From Balanoglossus misakiensis (Eukaryota; Animalia; Hemichordata): a stretch of 64,000 nt of DNA. Below are positions 12,424 to 23,500 of this stretch, piece by piece. The notes under the pieces were generated by a model. That model was not told the DNA's origin. It was given only the letters and a program-made list of their open reading frames with translations, and ran no database searches. Position 1 is the first letter of the stretch, and each line of letters begins with the position of its first letter. Where the stretch lies: positions 17,407,028 through 17,471,027 of the forward strand of contig CM082576.2 in NCBI GenBank assembly GCA_040954595.2, in the 5' to 3' direction. Both the position numbers and the translations under genes were made by a program.

Positions 12424-13498
12424 GGGACTGTCCAGAATTTACTTCCAGGGGGGGGGGGGGCACCGATTTTCCCCAAGAAAAATTAGGGGGGGGGGGTCAG
12501 ACATAAAAATCACAATCCTTTAGGGGGGCATGTAAAAAACCCTCACAAACTCAATATTTGCCCAGAAGTGCTGATTTATAAGAAACAAACCACCATGGCT
12601 ACCTGGATGACAGATGAACTCCACAAGTGCATTAAATCTTCATAAGCTGGAATTTCCGGTAATTTTTACGGTGGGTTATTTTGTATATCTACTACAGTTT
12701 CTTGTTCTACTCTGTGAAGCATAATAAAATGCCTAGTATTTGGCCTGCCAGCACAGACCATATATGTACAGTGAACAGTCAGTGTTGTTACTGTTGACGA
12801 GCTCAATTCAAGTCCAGACTAGAATTCGTTAATTTTCTCATCAATCATTCATATATGTATATAAAAAGTTAATTTGCTTTTGGATTCATTAAAATGCAGC
12901 TTTGAGCTCTGTATTTTATTTAAAAAAATTACGTGGGAGGGGGACACCCCTTCCCAAACCCACCCCCTTCACTTCTCGGTTTACAATATCTGCCAACACA
13001 GAATACAAATACTTAAAAAATATAAACAATGCTCAGTTTTAATATCCACTGATGAGGAAAAACATCAGTTTCAAATTCTTTTCATGGGAGCGCTGTTTCT
13101 TTTTTTACAAGATAGATAGGTGATGTGTTTTGCTGTGTGAAAGAAAATGGGGGGTGGGATTTCAAAATTTTAGCTGTTCGGAAGGGGGGGGGGTGATTTG
13201 AAAATATTTCGGGTTGTGTACGGGGGCCATGTGAAAATTAACGGTAAACATTTTTAATTCTCCCGCCCCCCCCCTCCAGAGGTGTTTGTAAATGCAGCCT
13301 TATCAGACTGTATGTGACGTAGTCTGTAAGCATGCATGTATATATTGGGGGGGGGGGGGTCATGGAAAAAAAAGGAAATTTAAGGGGGGCCAAAGATTTC
13401 CTCCACAATTTACAAGGGGGGGGGGGCATGGAAAAAAAATCACCAGGAAAAGAAGAAATCCTCCAGCCCCACCCTGGAAGTTAATTCTGGACAGTCCC
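12424..13498. mobile_element. PIF/Harbinger-like MITE
   Basis: TTA|GGGACTGTCCAGAATT ... AATTCTGGACAGTCCC|TTA; many G/C runs. Confidence 0.82.
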
Positions 13499-13567
13499 TT
13501 ACATGAATTTATGATAACTAAGCACTGCGTCTGAACATGCGTTAATTATTGCCAATTATTCACCTTA

Positions 13568-14719
13568 GGGACCGTTCAGTTTTTACGGCTGGGGGGGGAG
13601 GGTCGGCAAGTTTGTGTCATCGGTTTTCAAAATCAGGCCGACCCCCACCCCCCCTTCACCCAGCACCAAAAAATGGTGACCCCCCCCCCTTTGACAGACC
13701 CAAAAACCCCACGCTGAAAACATTCGCCGTCCTGATCCTATGTACACTGTATGCAATAAAGGGAATTAGGCTCCTCACACCTCATTTATAAATTTCTTAA
13801 AGTAATTGAATTATATAATAATATCGTTGCAATAAAGAAATCTATGAACAAAATAAAATGACAAGTCAATACAATAGTTGCTAGAATTGGTAAAACAAAA
13901 AAAAGTGGCGGGGGTGGGCGTGGGAGGGGGTGTCCCCCTCCCACATAAGAAAAATTTGTAAAATACGGTGCTCAAAGTTGCATTTTAATGAACTCAAAAG
14001 CAAATTAACTCAATGTTTGGCAGGACAAATTTTGATTTTGCCACTCCACTGAAAGTAAGCATAGGGGTAGGGTGGGGAATAAGTCTGCCCTGGTACACTA
14101 CACAAACCAGCGAATAAATGATATGTTGTGAAGAATGGAGAGTGTGGGAGGGGGTGTCCCCCTCCCACATAAGAAAATTTTGTAAAATATGTAGCTCAAA
14201 GTTGCATTTTTATGAACTCAAAAGCAAATTATCTCAATGTTTGGGAGGACCAATTTTACTTTTTGCCATTCCACTCAAAGTTAGAAGATTTGGCGTCATC
14301 TTCGTCATGACATCATTTATAAAACTTCCAGCGTATAGAAGATGCAGCACGAAACTATCAGTGATGCGAAATGGTTTAAACGATTATTCTCCTTTATGTA
14401 TTTACTTTGTTAAATATTATCATCAGTGGGGTTGGGGTGGCAAACACTCTGCCCTGGTACACTAGACAAACCAGCAAAAATCGAAATGAGGCGGAGAATG
14501 TAGAGGGTGGGTGTGGGAGGGGGTGTCCCCCTCCCACATTAGAAAATTTTGTAAAATAAAGGGCGCAAAACTGCAATTTTGTGGACTCAAAAGCAAAAGT
14601 TCGGTGGCAAAAGTATGTGACCCCCCCCTAAACGTTTAAAAAAAACAGGACTTCAAAATTTAAGTGACCCCCCCCCCCTGGATTTTGCCGCCCCCCGGCC
14701 GTAAAAACTGAACGGTCCC
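13568..14719. mobile_element. PIF/Harbinger-like MITE with internal tandem subrepeats
   Basis: TTA|GGGACCGTTCAGTTTTTACGGC ... GCCGTAAAAACTGAACGGTCCC|TTA; unit GTGGGAGGGGGTGTCCCCCTCCCACAT repeated three times. Confidence 0.82.
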
Positions 14720-15384
14720 TTAATATATTCCACAAAACCTGGGGAGAATACTGGAGGGGGAGGGTCATGAGACTTTTTGTCATAGGGTTGGCATATGGGG
14801 CTTCTCCTTTGCTAAACAGTTGAGGGCGCATCAGTGAAGAGCCTTGCAGCGAACGTACGGTGGGCTGTGAGAGAGTTTAGACGCTGACCTGATGCCCCTT
14901 TGGAAGCGAAGCGGACAAAATACAGCTAGATACTCAGACTATGGAATTAGCCAATCACTCTAAGTCCTTTCACAAATTATCTACAGTAGGCTACAGTGCA
15001 TGCTTATTACAATGTACTTTAATTTCACTGTATATTGTCTTTATAGCTGCAAACCGCTACTCATTAATATTTTTAAAAGCCGAACACTCAGCGATACGCA
15101 AAAAAATGAATATTCATGAGATAAGGTATACATTTGTCCCAGGGCAGGGGCGCAAGGTGTGCACTCGCTAACGTCGCCGATGCAGAACAGCAGCTCCGCT
15201 TCTAACCACCAAGAAGTTGCTCCACCCAAGTCCAAGTCTGCAGCAACTCAATGCACCACAAAAGCAACGCAAAATGGCGAACGCCGCACCATTCACCGGT
15301 ATGTAGTTGGTACTATAGTGGATGACTGAATAGATGGACGGACGGACAGGCAGACGCGAATGAATGGATGGATGGATGGATTGG

Positions 15385-15512
15385 TGAATGAATGAATGAA
15401 TGAATGAATGAATGAATGAATGAATGAATGAATGAATGAATGAATGAATGAATGAATGAATGAATGAATGAATGAATGAATGAATGAATGAATGAATGAA
15501 TGAATGAATGAA
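15385..15512. repeat. (TGAA)n microsatellite
   Basis: Read directly. Confidence 0.97.
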
Positions 15513-17044
15513 TCAAGGATTGAAAAAAATGCATATAAAAGTTGTACATGTGTATAGTTTAATTTGGTCCGAGTCCTTCAGTAACAAGCAAAGATTGCAC
15601 ACCTCTCCAAACATCCTCATTTTTAAAAATTGGGTGACTTGCCTAAAACACCCAATGACACCCATTGCTATGCTAAAAATCCGAGAAATGTAAAGTTTTT
15701 CTACGTAAATTTACAAAATATTCAAAGAATTACATGAGATGGATGATGATTTGAAAAAAATGGCACTGCAAGATATTAGCGCTGCTCTTTGGTTTCTGAC
15801 GTCCGTTTGTGAAAATTTAGACATATTTACAGGCTATGACAAAATAAGAAAAAGTGCATGGGCCGGCAACAGTGTTTGACAACATTGCCGGAGTTATCCG
15901 AGATTCGATGATACAATTAACGGAACTGCTTTTACCAGATTCAATATCATTCAGTGAGATCATCGTGGACGCTTTCTCCGATCTGCCAAATGAAGTCGGT
16001 AGTCTCAGCTGACAGAAATCAGGCGTAAAACATTCTCCGGTGTATGGGCTTGCCACAGTTCTACGACCTTGCGTGTTTCACAGTGCTGTCAGGAAAATGT
16101 GACGAAACTGCAAAATGTACATGGCCTTTTATGTCATAGTTTGTTCAGTCAGCGTTTATAATTTGGATGTTCTCGGTAGAAGAATTCGGATTTGAAATTT
16201 AATTGCTTTACAATTGTTTCAATCTGTATAGCGGTGATGCGACAACAAAACTGTATTGTATCAATTAGTCGATTTGTAATTGAGAATATTTTCATTTTTC
16301 TGATTTTTGATATTTTATATCAATGAATTTTAAATACGAAAATAGAAAGAAAACACAATGTTCCAATACTATTTCAGTTACGAAGTCTAAAATATTGGAG
16401 GGTCAGCACTTTTCTTGCTCTCCTCGAGCTCATGCTATAGTTTTATGGTGAAAATATCCGAACAGCTCAAGCATAGCGACATACTAGTTATAGTTTTTCT
16501 TAACTGTTAGCCATGCCCATCAGAGGTGAAAATGAAAATTTAATTCGTGAACAATTTAGCTTTCCGTGTTTTGTCCGATAGATGTATGATTGTGGAAATG
16601 CTTTTGAAATGTCGGGTCAATAAACCTTGCTATATTAAAACTCATGTCTGTGGTTGACACACGGGTTATCTCAGGAGGTTACCGAGGTCGGACCCGGCGG
16701 AATGTCCTTCGCATGCATTAATTCATTGTGAAAATCTTCCTCAGTGAGACCACTTTCTCTCGACTTTGACGTTTTTAAGTCAAGCCATCATACTTCATAT
16801 CCCCAGCGACTTTTGACATTGACAGAAACAATCAGACTTCAAAATTTCGCGGTCGGGAGAAGTCTGAAGTTTTGAAGTGAGAAATCCTAATTTTGAAGTG
16901 AAACATTTCTGCCAAAGTCTTTATTTAGAAAGGTGATTTTGAAGATGTTGGGGTGATATCTTATAGAAAGAAATAAAACCAAACACATTTATGATTTTTA
17001 AAATTACTTTCGAGAGCTAAAAGGTACACTTGGCCGTCATTAGC

Positions 17045-17206
17045 CACGTGCACGGACCCTATATCGTTTGTGAATTGTTTTCACACAAGGCCAAAGTGCA
17101 GTAACACGGTGTATCGCATGGTATGGACACATGATACACATGTGACTATTACCAACCAATCACTTTATTACTTCCAATTAACTAAACGCTACCAGTGGGG
17201 GCGGGG
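17045..17206 (+). promoter_or_regulatory. Candidate XDH proximal promoter motifs
   Basis: CACGTG 17045-17050, CCAAT 17156-17160, GC box GGGGGCGGGG 17197-17206, about 280-440 bp upstream of the ATG. Confidence 0.4.
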
Positions 17207-17483
17207 TCGCTGAGCTGAACACACTACGACACTACCACAAAGTTCCAAGGACTGCCACGTTCGTGTGTAGTGTTTGTGAGTTTAAAGTTTACCAAACGAC
17301 GGTGGAGCCACTGGGGTGAATTGTTGCGTGTAGTTTCGTCCTTCCGAAATCTTTGTGTCGACTGCACTGTGCTTCAGACACCCAATTTATAACTGGAACT
17401 GAAGGAGTGACTACACTATCGCCAACCTCTACGCGTGGTGCACGGGTGGACTGTACTGTATCATGTATACGACCAAAAGTAAC

Positions 17484-17528
17484 ATGCCCGATAATAATGA
17501 TCTCGTCTTTTTCGTCAACGGCAAAAAG
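17484..17528 (+). CDS. XDH: XDH exon 1
   Basis: [15 protein letters not shown]|gt. Confidence 0.9.
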
Positions 17529-20500
17529 GTTAATATGTTGTTATTATTATTCAAATTTAGGTCAATACGAATGCAATGAGTGTCACGATGAAATCTTTTC
17601 AGACATGCAAGTACTCAGGCGCAGAAAATCACTGACTGCGACAGCACTGTCCTCAGCGCAGCAGGTCGATTCAACCTGTAAATATTTACAGATTGAAAAT
17701 GCTGACTCTGCGTAGGGTACCTCTGCGTAGTAGGTTAGCTACAATGATTGTTGCGGGTGCTGCTAGGTTCACAGCCCTACCCGCAGTCGAGTGACCGTGC
17801 CCTACCAGTGTGTTCTCGGCGTTAAAGGACCTAGGATAACGCCGAGAACACAGACCTATTGAGGCTATTCGCAAAACTCCTGCGCCTGTATGGTTGTTTA
17901 CAAGACTGGTGTATACTTTGACCTTGGCTGTCTCTGAGCACGATAGTGACAAATCACAAGCGTCCACGCCGTATGCGGCTCTTTTAGATTGATAACAGTA
18001 GGGTAGTTTACACAAACACCTCTGGGAGGTGTTGGAAATATAATCCATTTTTCAGATACGTACACCCCCCCCCCACCGGCACCCTTATTTTTCAAGTGGG
18101 GGCCTTCCCACTTTGAATAATTTTGAAGCCCCCCCCCCTCCTGCCACACCCCACCATGACAGCTTTTCCCCACAAGTACAGATCTAGACATGTGGATGTT
18201 TTTACTAATGATGTCCCTCCCTTAAAAATTTCGTGAATTTACTCTGCAAGTTTTCCTTCACACTGATAGAAAGTAATAAAGCTGAAAAAGTGAAAACAGT
18301 GTTTGCGGGGGTGGGGGGCCTGCAAGGTGTTCAGCTGTTGTGCGAAGCAAAGGTATGAAAGTTAATGTTGACATAATTATAAGGTAGGTCACAGGTCATC
18401 ACAAGGACACCCAAAATTGTGTCAAAAATATATGACCCACACTGGTCCATGTCCAACAAACATCATCCCTATGGTTAGCCTAGAATTATTACAGTCTGTC
18501 AAAAGTAGGTCAAAGGTCACATCAAAATTTTCCCAAATGTTTAGAGCAAGTCCTGTCTATTGCGGCACCCATAGATTTGTACAAAAAACCTTGGTCTGGT
18601 ACTTTTCCAAGAGCTAGTGTTAGACAGATGCCTTTTTTATAATTATCAGTATTTTAGGTAACAAAGGTTTTCGGAAGTCCATTCTGTGTGAAATTTGGCG
18701 ACAATTCCGAAAGAAGCAGTCTGATTGACCTCACTGAAGAGGAATTTACCTTTTTGGCCGCTTTTTGCCCAAAAAGGGTTATTGTTAGAAAATATTAAAA
18801 ACAAACTTTTCTTCATTTTAAGTGATCTAAATGATAAATGAAAGGCCATAGGAATATAGCTCTACAAGTTGCAGTGTGCTTGTTACTAAACTTCAAGTCA
18901 TGGTGTTGTGTTGTTGTTTTTTGAAATTTAGCCCAGTCAGGATTTGGACTAGTCACAGCAAGTATTAGACTGTCGACAGTCCCTCGCGCCTAATGTGTAT
19001 CTTTTTTGAGGGCCGAAGGCCCGATTCGGCGTTTCGTGTGAGGGCCGTAAGGCCCGAGTGACTGTTATAGCTCTCCGCGCCCTCACACGGCATTGTGGAG
19101 AAATTCACCGGTAACGCAACTGGCATGATTGACAGTTAATATACTTCATAAACTCATTGACCAATCATATTGTCACGCAGTATCGGGTCAACAGGAAGTG
19201 AAGCTGTAAAGCGGGCAAATGCTCAGTTTGACGCCGCCCATATGCAAATTTTACTATGTCATTTTCTGCATGCATAATTAATATCAAGGCAAGGCTTACA
19301 AGCTATAACACAGTCACTTTGTCCCTTTAATGTGGAAAGTGAATGTTGACATAACTAGAAAGTAGGTCAAAGGACCCCAAAATGTGTCAAAAATATTTGT
19401 CCCACACTGGTCCATGTCCAACAAAGACCAGATTTTAGATTTGCAAGTACGGTAAATAACAACATGTGTTAAAAGTAGGTCGAAGGTCACTGCAAACATT
19501 TCCAAAATATTTAGAGCAAGTCCTGACAAGAAAGTAGGTCAAGGGTCATCACAATGACTCCCAAGCATCCAAAAGCTTTCAAAAACTTCATAACAAGTGG
19601 TGGTCATCATTATATGATAACTTATATCCGGAAAAGAAAGAGATGTGCTATCTATATTTAATTTGAAATGAATATGGGCATATATGAAATGAGCTGAAAC
19701 ACAATTGAGTGTAGGAGCCATATTTGATGACCATTCAAAATGTCATAGAAAAGAAAATATTAAAAACAAACTTTTCTTCACTTTCGGTGATCTGATGATA
19801 AATGAAGGTCCATTCTATATATATATAAAGTGGTGACTGGTGTATTAAAATAATACTGAGCCCACTCAAGACAAAATGGACCAAAAGATGCAAGGCAGTG
19901 CTCTGGAGGAAACTGTTCTTGTTTTTGTCATTCGCTTGAGGTCTGTTGATCAGAGCTGGTTGTGTGTCACAGTGTGAGTGGGCAGTTATCATTTCAAGCT
20001 GCATAATTTTTAATTGCAATGATTTAAATTTTGTATGAAACATTTAGGTTACTTTGATTTGATCTTGTTCTCCACAGGTTGTTGACAGCAATATTGACCC
20101 TGAGATGACACTCCTGACGTATTTAAGGAAGAAATGTATCCTTTACATGAATGATCACACAAACAACGTGACTATGAACAGATAAAAACTCAGTTTTGAT
20201 TTCTGGTAGTTTTATCAGACATAGTACTTTGCAGGTACGGTCACCGTTTATTTTAGTTCCAGAGTTGATTTTATTGGAAGAATAATGTACTCCCCGAAGA
20301 CCAATAATGGACGAAAGCACGCATTGTAAAGTATGACATAATGTATGAGGCGAGGCTGAGTAAATTATGGAGAACAGCGTGTGCTTGAGTCCAATTATAC
20401 ATGTACCATACATTATATGTAATAATGTACAGTGATGACGTCACAAAATTCACTGGAACTGATAAAGCTGTAATATTTAATGCATATACTTTGTGTAGAT

Positions 20501-23500
20501 AATACCACAGAAAAAAGAACTGACTCACTGCATGCATACTTGTATGGCAGTGGAGAAATGGCGTGAAATGAAGTTGTATGATCCTTAACTACGTATATAA
20601 TTCAGTGCGACTAACTGGCTCTAAGTTGGGTTGTGCTGAGGGAGGATGTGGGGCCTGTACTGTCATGGTTTCTAAGTTTGATCATGTTTTGAAAGAATTA
20701 AGGTAAGTAATTTCATATAACAATGATTGAGGATGACCCCTTTCCTTTAATCCGAGGCTGCAGATGGGATTTTAGTCAATTTGTGATTTTGCATGTGTAT
20801 GTGTAATTTTATCTTTACTGCTTTTTATCGTATGCAATTTTATTACTAAAATAAAAACTTTTTACCCTGTATTTTTAATTTCATTTATGAGCCGGGAGAT
20901 GATTATTAATTACACTTAGTGGTGACAATAACGTATTTGAATTAAATTGAGATATCCAATTGTCACTCTTTTACAGCCATTTCTCAGTGAATGCTTGCCT
21001 GGCACCAGTTTGTGCCATGTATGGTTTAGCAGTAACTACTGTTGAAGGAATTGGTAGCACTAAGACTAGACTACATCCTGTACAGGTAACAAGAGACTGG
21101 TCCAAATAATATCACAGTTCCTTCTGGAAGTAACCATGTGTTTTATGTCTATGTAATTTCATTCTTTCCAAGACTTACTGTCTTCTGTGTGCTTTATTGA
21201 TTGTCTGTACAATATATTAAGATCCAGAAAAGAGCTTGATGGCCAGACCTGTCAGGCAGAACTACTTATTCAGTTCACCGTTTACCGAACCTGTTATGCT
21301 GTTCATAATCATCTGCGTTGTCATGAAAATGTTTGAGTTAAGTGTGTACGTGCAGAACATAAACTGGAAAAGTGCGCACATTCGTCTTTTTCCGTATGAT
21401 TACATTGAGAAAGGCTAGAAAACTCTCTTCTACTATTGTCATTTTCATGAAATTTTACATATAGCAATAGTCAAATAAAAATAAATTGTTATCAGTCAAA
21501 TAAAATCGTATGGGCACTGCGCTCTATTTAAGCAATAAAACACCCCCAGCCATGGTATACCACGAGATTTTGACCAGTTCACGACATATACGCACGAGCG
21601 ATAGCGAGTGCGTATATGGAGTTGAACTGGTCAAAATCGAGTGGTATACCATGGCTGGGGGTGTTTTATTGCTATTATATTATGCCAGTATATTGAAACT
21701 TTGCATAAAACATTTTAAAAAGGCATTTTCGTTGACTATGATATATGACTGTGGTATATGGCTAATATATCACGGTCACGTGTCGTGTCTCGACCAATCA
21801 AATAGCGTGATTTACACCATCAATATACTGGTATAATATAATTTGAGATAAACTTCACTAAACATTTTGCTCATGAAGACCAACCATTCGTGAAAAATGC
21901 TTACTCAGCAGTTTTATTGAATGATTGACTAAATTCGTGGCCTTGTGTTTCAAAACCTCTTATATTTTATTTCGGATTTTCATAATACATGTACATACAA
22001 ATGAGAAAAAAAATCCACAATTCAAAGAAATTACAGTAGTTTAAATTTTACTGATCGTACATCCTATTAACCCTGTCAATAATGCATGTGATGTTGATGT
22101 ATCACGTGGGACATTCAGTTCATATCTGGTTTCTCTGTGATTCTCTGAATATCTTCTTAATTGTTTAATCACACAGACTTTCTTGTCATTGGGGATGAAT
22201 TTTATGGTCTATTTTTTTTCTTTATTAAGGAACGGATCGCAAAGGCTCATGGGTCGCAGTGTGGTTTTTGCACACCTGGTATTGTGATGTCCATGTATAC
22301 ATTGCTAAGAAATGACCCCAAACCATCGTATGAAAATCTGACGAGTGCTTTTGAAGGCAATCTCTGTCGCTGTACTGGATATCGACCCATACTGGAAGGA
22401 TACAGAACATTCACAAAGGTGATTATCTTAATACTGAGCATATCTGTATATGTGTGTGTGTTTGTGCCCATGTGCTTGAACATTGCCGAAATTTCATAAC
22501 AGTTACCTAATTGATGGTTTAGACAAAATCAAAAATGGTATGTTATAATAATAGCCGGTATATGCACTTCTGGTAATATACGTTTTGGATACACTGGCAT
22601 AAAATTCATAGAAAGAGATTTCATTGATATGTTGGTCTTTATTGTAAAATACATGTATTACTGTCACCAGGAAATTTGTTATTTTACCAGTAAGTCTGTT
22701 GTCAAGAACCTCACAATCTACCTTGATATGTCAATTGTACATTATGTTGGTTACTGTGGATAATATTATATCAGTGTAACATGGCCACGAATACATTGTT
22801 GTGATTGGTTAATTGAGAGCCTGTTTTAATTTATGCAAGCCATGGTTAAATTAAGCAATAACCCCCGCCGCAGACGGGTATACGCGAGATTTGGGTACAA
22901 TTCGAGACATGTAGCACGAGACGTCAGGCCAGTGCTATATGGAGCGAATTGTACCCAAATCGAGTGTATACCCGACTGAGGCGGGGGTTATTGCTATTAT
23001 ATTATATCAACAATTGTTTTTGTGGCATATCAGTGTCATGTTCTTACCGAAACGGCGTCAGAAAGAGAAATTACGATCGTGAACCAACATGGCGACGATG
23101 AATGTAAACACGAGCAGGTGGGATCGAGCATTAAACATGAAGCAGACGACAAAAAGTGACAAGACGGGCATCGCGCGTGGCAAAGTGACAAATATTTCCA
23201 CAGAGCAGTTCCAAAATAAAACGTCCGTTAATTCAACAGTATTTTTGTTTTATTTATTTGGTTTGAACACGCGCGACTGTGGTTTAACCGCACATTTTGG
23301 CTGCCGTATGCTAGTTCAGGGGCCCGTTTTAGCACTGCCAGCAGTGCATTATTGAGTATTATATTATACCAGTATATTGATGGTTTAAATCACGCTATTT
23401 GATTGGTCGAGACACGACACGTGACCGTGATATATTAGCCATATACCACAGTCATATATCATAGTTAAAGAAAATGCCTTTTTAAAATGTTTTATGCAAA

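Noticed and set aside
18350-19815. Two related blocks (18350-18850, 19330-19815) as a functional duplication
   Set aside because: Diverged copies of an unclassified dispersed repeat, with no termini, ORF or structure that I could define.
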